DNA of 64,000 nucleotides from Dipteris shenzhenensis (lineage: Eukaryota). The stretch lies in assembly GCA_047967505.1 (NCBI GenBank), contig CM106538.1, one strand, 5' to 3'. The notes under the pieces were generated by a model. That model did no database searches, was not told where the DNA came from, and saw nothing but the letters and a program-made list of their open reading frames with translations. Both the position numbers and the translations under genes were made by a program. Positions 1-11,238 of this stretch are shown here, one piece after another (position 1 is the first letter of the stretch; each line of letters starts with the position of its first letter).

Positions 1-99
1 TCCCATGCACATTGAATTCTTGGTGTTTTGGAGATTCTACCACGTGGCAAAATTTTCCCTTGCCACTCTTTTGACCACTCACTCCAAGGCCAAACACTT

Positions 100-320
100 C
101 AAGGCACATTAATTCCTAGGGGGGGCCTTTGCACACCTAACAATCCAGGGCCTTGCCCTCTTATTTTTCCTGGGGTCCTGCCCACATACAAGCCCAAAAA
201 CTCAACCCCCAAGGCACATTAATTCCTAGGGGGGCCTTTGCACACCTAACAATCCAAGGCCTTGCCCACTTATTTTTCCCAGGGTGCTACTCACATACAA
301 GCCCAAAACTCGCACCCTTG
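100..320. repeat. Tandem duplication, ~110-bp unit x2
   Basis: caaggcacattaattcctagg... begins at ~100 and again at ~210 with few substitutions. Confidence 0.85.
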
Positions 321-825
321 CGATATATTGATCCCACTTGCCCCCTCGATTCCCCTAGGGGTTGCTCCCAGATGCCCCTGTAATGTGACCTCAATCTGGT
401 TTGGGGGGGGCTCTCTAGTCACATTGAGGGGGGATGTGATCCCACATCCCCCCTCAATGTGACTAGAGAGCCCCCCCAAAACCAGATTGAGGTGCTACTC
501 ACATGCAAGCCCAAAACTCGCACCCTTGCGATATATTGATCCCACTTGCCCCCTTGATTCCCCTAGGGGTTGCTCCCAGATGCCCCCGTAATGTGACCTC
601 AATCTAGTTTTGGGGGGGCTCTCTAGTCACATTGAGGGGGGTTGTGGGACTAGAGAGCCCCCCCAAAACCAGATTGAGGTCACATTACAGGGGCATCTGG
701 GAGCAACCCCTAGGGGAATCGAGGGGGCAAGTGGAATCAATATATTGCAAGGGTGCGAGTTTTGGGCTTGCATGTGAGTAGCACCCACATCCCCCCTCAA
801 TGTGACTAGAGAGCCCCTCCCCAAA
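283..825. repeat. Fold-back complex of direct and inverted copies of a ~150-bp unit
   Basis: Near-perfect hairpin 388-493 (loop atcc, 439-442); ~138-bp inverted arms 491-628 and 648-785; 491-640 is a direct copy of 283-432. Confidence 0.9.
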
Positions 826-2904
826 CCAAAGATCCTCGCCTTCCTTCGCCATCCCTTGATGCTTAGCTTGAGCCTCCCAAGCCACCCTACATAATTTTTA
901 TTCATTATGCTCCTTTCTAACCTTTGTATCTCATGCTAGTCCTTCCGTCGTGAAGTTAGCTTAGAATCTGTATAAAATATTTGTTATTAATTACAATATA
1001 TTTATGATAAACAAGAAAGACTAGGATATTTTAAGAGCATTATAATCTTTCAAGTTCATAAAGCATCTTTAGTTGTCATAAGTTGTACAAGGAACACTTT
1101 GCGAACAAGAAACTAAATTGATTATGAAGAACTTCCTTCGAGAGCAAAGGTAATCGTAAGTTGTGCAAAAAAAAATTTCCAAAATAGAAAATAGCTTTAT
1201 TATGAGAAAAACTTCCTTCAAGAGCAAACGTTAAGAGTTGTCACACCATTGGTTTAGAGAAACTCAGCCAAAAAAAAAAAACTTTTAGGGGTGAGCCCCC
1301 TAAGGTATATCTTTTATCCCCACTCGTAGACAAGTAAATGCTATGGGCAATTTCCCACATGTGAGGAAGGAGATTAAACGTCCATGCAAAATATATACTC
1401 ATCAATGATGGGAAAAAAATTTTGCAAGCTTTTTTTCGTAAGCTTTTCTAGGAAATCTGTGAGCTTTTTACACTAACCCAACACACACACACACACACAC
1501 GCATGCACTCCTTTTAGGTGTGGACAAAAAACTCCCAACTCCAAAGAGACCAAGAATCCTACATTAAAGTACGGAATCTTTTCATAAACTTTTCAGGCTT
1601 CGTGGAGAGTGTGCAAACTCTTTTCACACATTCGCACCTAGGTCTTTAGCCATATCTATGGATTACATGAAGACATTAAATTTATCTATATAGATCCTAG
1701 ATACCTATATCTGTATATATCTCCATATGCACCATGGTCGAGATATCAAGAATCACATATCAGATTAAAAGTATATATTTATAGTCTAAGTCCCTTGAAA
1801 AAAAAAATCCACACTTGATACACATAATTTGGCGCAAACTCTAGCTGGGCCCTGCAGATGCACTTTTTCCTAGACGGGGTTTTGAAAAATCGTCCAAAGG
1901 TATCCGTGTTTATAATCGTTTCTAGGGTTTTTGGGCCTTTTGAGCTCATTACAGGTGTTAAAAGTGCCAAATTATGCATATATAAAAAGTTTGCATTGAA
2001 AAAAAAAAAGAAATTAGAGCTCCCAAAGGTTTTATCTAATGATTACTAGATATTTATAATAATTCCTCATTGAAACATTGAGCGCTTCATTAGAGGCATC
2101 AAGTTCACTAAATACATCATTACATTAAGAGAGCTCATCCATAGCCTTCATTACCATATATGTTGATGATCTTATCATGCTCGTATTGGATTAAAGGTGT
2201 ACCAATACTTATTAAAGGCAAAAATTTAATCTAATGAGAATTTTGTTGCTAATCTATATCTTAATCCTTGTTTCTAAAAGCATTGTACACTACTTAGGAG
2301 TGTTAGTAATGGTCATGGCACATTGAGATTTATATATTTTTTAAAAACATCAACATTTATCAACATTTCATTAAATATACCAATAAAATGTCTTTTGGAT
2401 TTGTATGTGTAGGAGGGGGGAGGGGGATGTCAAAAAAGATCACAAATTTTATTGACTTCCCGAAAAAGCTCGCGACAAAAAGCTCACTAATCACGCCCTA
2501 TTTTGATGATGACCTCTTTCTAGAGCTAGTCCACTAGGCCCACTTCTTCCATGGATCCAACAAACAATTCCAAAGAAATAAGGGAGCAAGCGTGCCAATC
2601 AAGAGCCAAGCATCTACATGAAGATAAGAGAATCTTCTATGAAAACTTAGGTGCCCATGCATGTGGTCTCCGAGTTGTTGTTTCTATGTGCGTGCGCATA
2701 TGTGTGCATGCGCGTGTGTGCGCAGCGCGCATGGGTACACGAGTTTGCATGCACAAGCAAGCACATCAAGAACCAAGAACCTTCAATCAAGCCAAGAGAA
2801 GTTTGAACATCTCATGTGCAAAACCATGTGTCCATGCACTTGGTCTCCTTCTATAGAAAGTTGGTGGGTGTGGGTGTGGGTGTGAGTGTGTGTGTGTATG
2901 GATA

Positions 2905-3694
2905 GGGTTGATGCTATTGGGCATTCAGAGGCTAGATGCCCAAACTTATGGCAGGCAAAGCAAGCGCCTGCAAATACACCCCATTTCAAGTCAAAAAACT
3001 TTTTCCCCAATTGCACACCTTCAACTTCCACTGCAATGGAAGGAGGGGTGGGTATGTCAGTGTCCCAGAGGATGCAGAATCTGTTACGATTTCCCATGGG
3101 GCGTGGAGGGCAAATGACCTGTCCCAAAGAAGCAGCCAGACCAGGCAATTCTTCATGCATATAGTCCGGGAAGTTAACAACCTCCACCCATACAGGACAA
3201 TGATGGCGTATAAGACTTTGATAATCCTTATTTGGGGACCAAGGCATGGCATGTACCATCTGCTTCCCATAAAAGAGGGGAGAAAGCTCAAGGAGCTTTT
3301 GCTTGCACAAAGCATCAGATAAATGCACCTCATAAAAGCCTCTGGAGGCAAAATATACACCCTCTACAAAGCATCCTCCAAGAATAGACTTGATCCATTG
3401 CGCAACATCACTGGCAGCTGGAATTCTTCCTGGAAAGAAAATAATGACCGCAGTTTGAGATAGCTTCCTGAGAGGATTCACAAGGGAGGGCAATTTCAAT
3501 TTGTAAGTGACCTCAGGAACTGGTTTGCCCCATTCTTGTCGTGACTGCTGAAAGTCATCCTTGAGTGTATCAAACACATATTGAGCTTCCAAAGTGAGCT
3601 CATCATCCTGAGATGCAGGCAGAGAAGGACGACGCTTTGCATCTGCAGGTCTATCTTTTCTAGCATATGTACAGACATCAGAACCTGAAGCCAT
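2905..3694 (-). pseudogene. L1 ORF1 N-terminal part (DUF4283-like RRM region plus CCHC zinc knuckle), in the inverted segment
   Basis: Starts MASGSDVCTY at 3694; contains PVWVEV and CFACHKFGHLASEC; nearly identical protein at 37348-38140. Confidence 0.9.
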
Positions 3695-3759
3695 GGTTGA
3701 GGGATGGCAAAGCAAACAAGAAATGGAGAAAAGACAAAGCACCAGGAGAAGGTGCAGAA

Positions 3760-4100
3760 AAGTACGGGGAGGCTGTACGGAAGGCCTATGCAGGTAGGCT
3801 GTACAAAAAACTGTACGGAGAACACTGAACGGAGAAACCCCACGAAGAGCAATGTACGGAAAGAAAATGTACGGAAAAGTTGTACGGGATTCTGTACGGA
3901 GGATCGTACAACTGCGATAAGAAAGGCTGACAAAGATGTACAAGATTGTACGAAAGGAGGCGGGGAGGTACAGAAAAGCTGGAAACCCTGACGATGTCAC
4001 GTCATACGGAAAGGCGGATGGAGAAGGTAGCAACGTAACGGAGGGACGACGAGGCTTACGGTCCTGCACAGCAGGAGCGTCCGTACGGCGATCGTACGGA
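3760..4100 (-). promoter_or_regulatory. L1 5' UTR with a dense GTAC/CCGTAC motif cluster
   Basis: About 14 GTAC, of which about 9 are CCGTAC on the element strand, in ~340 bp (manual count). A regulatory role is inferred. Confidence 0.6.
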
Positions 4101-4202
4101 CGTATGGACGGGAGGAGAAAACCTAAGGGGGTCGGGTGCCTGCACTCTCCGTCGCTCACTCACCGTCGACCTGCCTCTCACACACACACCACACACACAC
4201 AC

Positions 4203-4600
4203 CTCAGACAAGGGAAAAGAATGAGAATTTGCAAGTCAAGCCAGCCACCCGAAATGGAGCAAAGAATGCTAAACCGGTTAATCAGGTGCAATCACTTGTT
4301 GGAAAAGGGAAAGAAAAAGAAAAGGAGAAGATGAAGGAATCTGTGGGGACAGATCGGGATGGTTTTCAACAGCCAAAGAAGGTGATTGTATTGAAGCCAC
4401 GCCCCTTTCAATCTCGGCAATGGGATGCTTCTTCTCCCTTACCAGGACAGGCTTCTACTTCAGCTCCTGTCCTTCAAAATTGGGTGGGGGTTTTGAAGAA
4501 GGGTATCCCCATATGTGATTCTGAAGAAGGGGAAAATGCCATATCTTTCATGGATCATGAAAGCCTGCAACCCATGCAGGCAGAGGCATTGCCTCTTTGA
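4203..4600 (+). pseudogene. L1 ORF1 C-terminal part
   Basis: PQTREKNENLQ...GFQQPKKV...LKKGIPICDSEEGEN matches the ORF1 tail at 38160-38530. Confidence 0.88.
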
Positions 4601-4643
4601 AGATCTTGTTTCATACTTATACTTTATTGTATGTATCTCTTTC

Positions 4644-5618
4644 ATGCTTCAAACACTCAAATGTTTTACATACAATGTACAGAGCCTCTGCAATGTCTCA
4701 AAGTGGAGGCTTTTCTGGAATTATGTACATAAAATGCAGCCAGATATTGTTTGTTTGCAAGAGCATAATCAACACTCTAAGGCTGGTCATCATGATCACT
4801 TTGGTGGCTATGATATATATTATGCCGGTACCACAACCTACTCAGGGGTATGCATAATGGCCAGACATGAGCTGGACCCTCAGCTAGCATTCAATGACAG
4901 CAATGGCCGATGGATAGTCATACAATGTAATGTCAATGGAGACATTATTGAGCTTGCATCAGTCTATGCCTCCCAGACTTCTGCCATGAGGGCCACTCTA
5001 TGGGAATCTTTAAGCAAATATCCATGGAGATCTAATGCATTTATCTGTGGAGATTTTAACAATTCTCCTCTGCTGAGAGATAATACCACTTCACGATCTC
5101 ATATGCTTTCATCGGAAAGACAGAAATGGGATAGCATGCTTCTCTCCGTGCAGGCTGAAGATTTATGGCTTCTTCTACAAGGGTCAGTGCCCGGATATAC
5201 TTTCCATCATAATGCATTTACCACATACTGGGCAAGGCTTGACAGATGGTATCTGTTCTTTCCACAACAATATGCAGATTTCAGCCTTCATCTCCTCATT
5301 GATTTCTCATTGGGATTGTCAGATCATGCCCCATTATGGTTAAATCTGCAATTTGGTATGCCACTGGATGATTTGCCGACTCTCTCCAGCAGATTACTGC
5401 ATGTTAATCAGGCTTATTTTCGACATCAATATTTCCAGCAAATGATCAGAGTTGCAATTCATCCCTTGCTTTTGCATGCTCAGGAGGACATGAATTATGC
5501 ATGGGACAGCTTTGTCTCTCGTATACAGAATGTTATTAGGGACTATGGAAAATGGCACATGGCTACATGGAGGAATGAGGTCAAATGGGCAAAAAGGACA
5601 GTACAACAGCTGACTGAA
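4644..5618 (+). pseudogene. L1 ORF2 APE-type endonuclease domain, truncated before RT
   Basis: TYNVQSL, CLQEH, SVYA, GDFNN, ARLDRWY and SDHAP motifs. Confidence 0.92.
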
Positions 5619-5829
5619 TTTTCACCTCCATTTTGGAGACTTTCCCTCTTGTAAAGTTTTGATATTATAAATATATAGCACTGGATTTACTAAAAAAAAA
5701 AGTGTGTGTGTATGGATATGTGTGCGTGTGTGAAAGCATAAATGCATGCCATAGCTTAACTTATAACCATGTATGCAGAAAGCTAAAGATGAGCTACAAA
5801 ATGCTTCAATTTGTAAAGGTTATAATAAC

Positions 5830-6930
5830 AAGAGGAATGGGATGCCAATCGCACAACTCTTTTCGAAAAGACTCAGATGAACAAGATAGAGCACAATGTC
5901 TATCACACCATTTAGCCACTTGAAGGAAAAGAACGGATATCCAGACCACATACCGCCATTTTCTGGAAGCATCATTCCCATCTTTGGGCGTTATGACCAC
6001 AATAGGATAGTCCAGGAATCTAGCCTCTGAAGAGGGCAATGCTACAAGCGAAGTTGTGATTGGTAGAAGACCTTGGAAGGAGGTTGGACAAGATTATCCC
6101 ACCTTATAGAGAGGATTGATTGAAATCAAAAGCACAGCAAATGAGTCTCGCAAGCAGAAGAAGCCTTGAATGCTCACATGGCCATTGGCAGAACTCTGTT
6201 CGATCATAGATTATACAAGGAGGCTCATTAGAGCACCAAAGGTCTACAAGCTAAAACCCACAGATGTTTGACCTCACTTCCAGCTTGGTAACATTCTCTA
6301 CACATTGGGAAGAATCTCAGAGGCAAGAGAAGACCCCTAAGAATAAAGCAAGCAAGCGAACACCTAGTGTGGTCGCAATGCTTATGGGTCTTGAAGCTAT
6401 GCCATATCTGGAGCCTCGTGGAGAAAGGTGGAATGGAATATCAGTTGAGCTAAGATCTGTTGTTGCAGGAAGGGCACTAGGCAAAGGGCGCTAGGCAATG
6501 GGAGACTGAGGCCGATAAGTAAAATCCAGAACTTCATCATTCAATGGGAATCGATCGGACAAGAGAGAGATCCAATGGAGAAATATCTAAGTTAAACAAA
6601 CTATGCCCACTTCGACCAAAGAAATGAATGAAAATCCGCCACATAAATATTAGGATGGAGATTGATGAAGAGGCGAAAGATGGTAGAAAGGAAATTCATT
6701 TGCAAGATTCCTTTGCTTGGGTTGTCCCATCAAGGGTCCTTTGGCATGAAAGAGCACAGTCTGCTTATTTGAAGCTGCAGCAAAGATGCTTGAACCGAGT
6801 ATGCAACCAAGCGTTGGTGCTTGGAATTCAAGAATCCAATCCTATGTCCAAAAGCCACTGTTGGGAGATGATGATGAAGAGGTGAAATGCGGTAAAAAGG
6901 AAAGTCTATTCATAAGAAATTGAAATAGAA
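5830..6930 (+). pseudogene. Degraded fragment of a TRM/LONGIFOLIA-like gene (VARLMGL motif)
   Basis: KRTPSVVAMLMGLEAMP in ORF 6264-6494 matches the VARLMGL motif; a VY..EIE-like remnant lies near 6905-6925; many stops and frameshifts; boundaries approximate. Confidence 0.5.
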
Positions 6931-7433
6931 GTAATTGGCTTCCATGCTTAGCATGTCCACTTAAGATGGGAAAGCATTTCATTGCTATAGCGGGTCAGTG
7001 ATAAAAATGACCAATAATTCTAAAGAGTACACAATTACCAACTATCGCACTGCATTTATGAGAAACGTAGTGGGGACATAAGAAATTGAAATAGAAGTAA
7101 TTCGCTTCCATGCTCAGCATGTCCACTTTAGATGGGAAAGCATTTCATTGCTATAGCTTGCGGCTCGCTATAGCGGGTCAGTGCTAAAAATGACCAATAA
7201 TTCTAAAGAGTACACAAATACCAACTATCCCACTACATTTATGAGAAACATATTAGGGACATAAGAAAGTAATTTGGCTTCCATGCTTAGCATGTCCACT
7301 TTAGATGGGAAAGCATTTCATTGCTATAGCCTGTGGCTCGCTATAGCGGGTCAGTGCTAAAAATGACCAATAATTCTAAAGAGTACACAATTACCAACTA
7401 TCCCACTGCATTTATGAGAAACATATTGGGGAC
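6911..7433. repeat. Tandem repeat, ~170-180-bp unit x3
   Basis: cataagaaa...gcttccatgct...tttatgagaaac units start at ~6911, ~7077 and ~7260. Confidence 0.92.
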
Positions 7434-8116
7434 CATGATTATGAGGTCTTTCCCTTCCCCTTGGTTTCTCCATCTCTTGACATGGTGTTTATACTCTTCA
7501 CTCCCGTCCTCTTCCTATTTTCCTTTGTGCATACTCCCCTACGTCCTCCCCCTCCCTTTTGCCTTGTTGACTTGTTCATAATCATGCTCACTTTCTCCCC
7601 CATGTCCTCTCTGACGTCTCTCTTCACCGTGCCACTCATTTCACTTAACGCAAAATTGCCACGCTTTCTCTGTTTTTACAAGGCACGTGTGTGGACGTGC
7701 CTCTAAGAGTTTATAATCATATAAAAATAGATTTCCATCTCTTAATGATTTTCATAGCATCTTTCAAAGTGGCAATTTTTAGATTACAAAGTGTGTGTCT
7801 CATTAAGTACTTGTAAAAATCTCCTCGAAACAAAAATAGGAGAAAATAGTAGAAGCACAATCATTATATTTACATCGGATCTACGACACAAGACATAAAC
7901 CAATTAAGATAAGGCTATCTCAAACCTTGCAGAAAAAGATTGGAGAGAAACGCACGTCCTTGCTCCTCACAATCAAGTTGTTTGACTGCCAATAATATTC
8001 AAATAACTTGATCAGTATGAAACATTGAAGAAATGTCTTATATAAAACCACACTTTCCCTTATCTTTTTTATTATCGGTTGAGTTATTGGTTGAAAGCCA
8101 TGACACGATCAAATAG

Positions 8117-8163
<47 letters not shown>

Positions 8164-8976
8164 CGACAAAAACACATGAGTGAACCCTCTGATTCCTCAA
8201 AGGAGATTGCTATGTAATGCTCTTGCTAGGTTCCATAGGTCATGTCTCACTGGCCTCCCGTGGACGTTAACACATCATCATCATCTCTCTCCATTGTCGA
8301 GCGTACACACGCATCAAGGAAAAATACAGCAACAATGCCACCAACCTAAAAACCTTTTGGGAATGCTAGCCAAGTAGCTAGGCGCCTACATAAAGGAAGT
8401 CCTAGGCCACGGCAACAAAGTCCTAGACAAGCCGCAACAATTAACTAGATACGTGCTCGTAGCATAGCATAGCAAGCAATCTATAAAGTTTTCTTAGATT
8501 CTTAAATGCAATGAACCACTATCATCTTGATAGTGATCACTGGTCCCATAGAACTTGAAGGGTCCCTAGAGGACTATAATACAACCAACGGAGGCGACAA
8601 TGGCACTTGTCTGACGCAAGGCCATAGCTAGGAGACCAGACATGCTGGCCATCGTCTGTGCCCCATCACAAGCTTCATGCTATCGCAGCCTCGCACATCG
8701 CCGGGTTCCCACTTAGGCTTGCCTCCTCTACTAGCTTCGAGATAATCATCACACAGATGCCTCATCACAACCTCTCCATAAGATCAGAGAGAGATTTCTT
8801 ATGTATTGGTATCTCTATCATTATGGATATGTTGTATACGTCTTCGGTGTTGATGCCCACTCAAAAGGTCCACCTTTCTCAGCTCATTGTATTAGGTTCT
8901 TTCAATCTCATAGACCCTTCGGTCTTTCAAACACTTTTAATAAGATTCTTTCTCTATCTCTCATGCACACACACAC

Positions 8977-9124
8977 TTTTTTTATATAGTGAAATCTTAT
9001 ATTTCTCTGTGGGAAACCTCAAAACGAGGTGAACACCCACCAATAAGTACAAAGATAAAATTTACAAGCAAGCCTCAGAGAGAAAAACTCATGAGGCGAC
9101 CAAGATAAAATTTACATATCAGTT
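8977..9124 (-). mobile_element. Very short LINE 3'-end insertion (family A-like)
   Basis: Poly(T) 8977-8983; flanked by tcatgcacacacacac at 8961-8976 and 9125-9140; stem-loop acctc-aaaac-gaggt. Confidence 0.65.
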
Positions 9125-9142
9125 TCATGCACACACACACAC

Positions 9143-10113
9143 TTTTTTTTTTTTTGGGTGAAAACTTTGATTGATTATATTACAAGAATAGTCACCTCAG
9201 AAAAGAGGTGCTAGAAAATACATCAACTGAAGATCTCAGTATAAGCCAAATATACATCCTGATCTATTTGGCGAGTCTGCAAGCAATCGAAGAAAGATTG
9301 CTGCAGAGAACGCTTAAAGAAAGCAAACAAAGAAAAATTGGGATCACTAAAGACTTTACAATTGCGGTCTATCCATAAAGTCCAAAGTGCCCAATATCGA
9401 GTCCAAACAAAGAAAAAATGAAACTCCAGTCGCTGTGGTGGATGAAAGCCAAAGAGCCAGAAAATTTTCCCGAAGAGAAGAGTCGGGAATCTCGCTCGTA
9501 GCTGTTGTCGAAGAGAATCCAGAAACTGCCGAGAAGCCAGAATAAATGAGGCACGGTCTCCTGAGAAGTCAAACACCGATGACATAAAGCAGGAGCAATG
9601 TGCCTACAGGCCAGCAACTGTCCAGATGGAAAAATTTCCATAAGCACTCACCATTAAAAAACTTGTTGCCAAAGTGGAACCTTGTATGCCCAAAGTTCCC
9701 GCAGTCTTTTCCTCCACCACTTAGCTAGCCGATTCAATCGCCAAATAGAATTACCCTTTTCTAAAACCCACGGTTGAGGCAAAAAGATTTTGTATAATGC
9801 AAGCACAGTAATTTGAGATAGCCTCAAAGGACGAGAGGAGGACCCAAGAGAAATCAGACTCCAATCCTCTAATCGATCCTGGAGTTCCAAAGGGGGAATC
9901 GAGACCAAAGGTGAAAGCATACAAGTGATTTGCTGCCACAAAGTACGATAATGAGAACCCAAACCATACTGCGTGGCTGCCAAAGAAAAGGAAAGCATAG
10001 AGCCATCATCATGAATAACATCAGCAACAGTATTGATCCCTTTAAAAGAAATAAAGTAAGGACGGCGAGGCTCCTGTAAAGCAAGCGGAGGCTGAAAAAC
10101 TTTTGACCATTGA
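9143..10113 (-). mobile_element. 5'-truncated L1 (family A subfamily): zf-RVT region, 3' UTR and poly(A)
   Basis: Poly(T) 9143-9155; WWRKRLRELW, CHRCLTSQETVPHLFW and FWLFG motifs; TSD atgcacacacacacac at 9127-9142 and 10114-10129. Confidence 0.88.
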
Positions 10114-10151
10114 ATGCACACACACACACACACACACATAAAGATGTTAAT

Positions 10152-10189
<38 letters not shown>

Positions 10190-10191
<2 letters not shown>

Positions 10192-10556
10192 ATGGGAGTA
10201 TGAGGGAAACACATCCCCAGAAATGCAAAGAATCTTTGTTAAAACACAAATAGGAGGACAAGGGTTTGGAGGGATAGCATGGTACATTACCTAATGACAT
10301 GGGAGAGGACAGCAAAAAAGGTAAAAGTGGACCCACACAACAGTATAAGTGGTTAGAATCATGGCAAAGAAGCAGAATATCAAGCTGGCAGCATGGTATT
10401 TGCACCCCCACAATCACCCATCTACAAAAACAGTAGCAACATATCTCAAGAAGACCCCTCATGCATTTAAGGGAGGATATAGCCAAGTACTGCAAAGAGA
10501 ATACATTCTCCTTGTAAGAGATTTTAATGTACAAACACGATCAATGCAAGGCCTCA
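10190..10556 (+). mobile_element. Old RTE/RTEX-like LINE, endonuclease N-part (host of the 12.8-kb L1 insertion)
   Basis: IKLAAWYLHP...ILLVRDFNVQT; the domain resumes after the TSD at 23404. Confidence 0.7.
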
Positions 10557-11238
10557 AGAAGGTGAAACATCGGGGTGAAGAAGAGTTTCAAGCACAAGTG
10601 TGTGTGGACATAGGAAGAGAAGAGCTGCTCCCGCTGGTGTCTTGCTGCTCCCGCTGCCCCTCCCCGCCATCTCCTCCTTCCCACAGCCTCCCCTATCTCC
10701 TCCTCCGCCATCGCCTCCCCTTCTCCCCCGTCTCTTCCGCCACCTCCTTCCCCCGCCTCCTCCTCTATCTTCTCCGCCCCCCCTCCCCGTCTTCTCCTCC
10801 CGCCTACCCTCTCCGCCTCTCCCACCTCCCCCCCACTGCCCCCCCCCCCCACCTCCCCTCTCCACCTCCTCCGCTCCCCCTCCTTTCCTCCCCTCTCCGC
10901 TGCACCTCTGCCACCTCCTGCCGCCCCTCTCACCTCCCCCCTCTGCCTTCTCCACCTCCTCCTCCCCACCCCCCTCTCCGCATCCTCCTCCCTGCCTTCT
11001 CCGCTGCCTCCTCCACGCCATTCCCTGCCTCATCTCCGCCTCCCTCCCTGCCTTCTTCTGCCCTCCCCCCCCCGGCCTCATATCCTTTTCTCTGCTTCCC
11101 CTCTTCGCCTCCTTCCTTGGCCACCTTCCTGGTGGCTTCACCCTTTTTTCCTCTTCCTTCGTAGCAACGGGAGTTTTTTGTGCTTGTTTGGAGAAAGAAG
11201 TTCTTGGTGGTGACCCTTGGTCTAGCCAGAGGGGCTCT

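Larger units (their letters stand above)
2905..5701 (+). mobile_element. L1-clade LINE (family A), 5'-inverted and internally deleted (no RT), with poly(A) and TSD
   Basis: TSD gtgtgtgtgtatggata at 2888-2904 and 5702-5718; poly(A) ends at 5701; 2905-~4202 is inverted relative to the colinear copy at 36806-42290. Confidence 0.92.

Noticed and set aside
1285-2499. hAT-like element from TAGGGGTG...CACGCCCTA ends
   Set aside because: The ends match imperfectly and there is no 8-bp TSD
3695-4159. Apparent 155-aa N-terminal extension of ORF1 (and 37057-37347)
   Set aside because: Not conserved between the two copies; protein similarity starts at MAS
6911-7433. CRISPR-like or spacer-bearing array (also 15640-16690)
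   Set aside because: Units are whole tandem copies or irregular motifs with no unique equal-length spacers; the context is eukaryotic and there are no cas genes
8210-8960. Possible solo LTR
   Set aside because: LTR-like composition only; no definable termini, TSD or second copy
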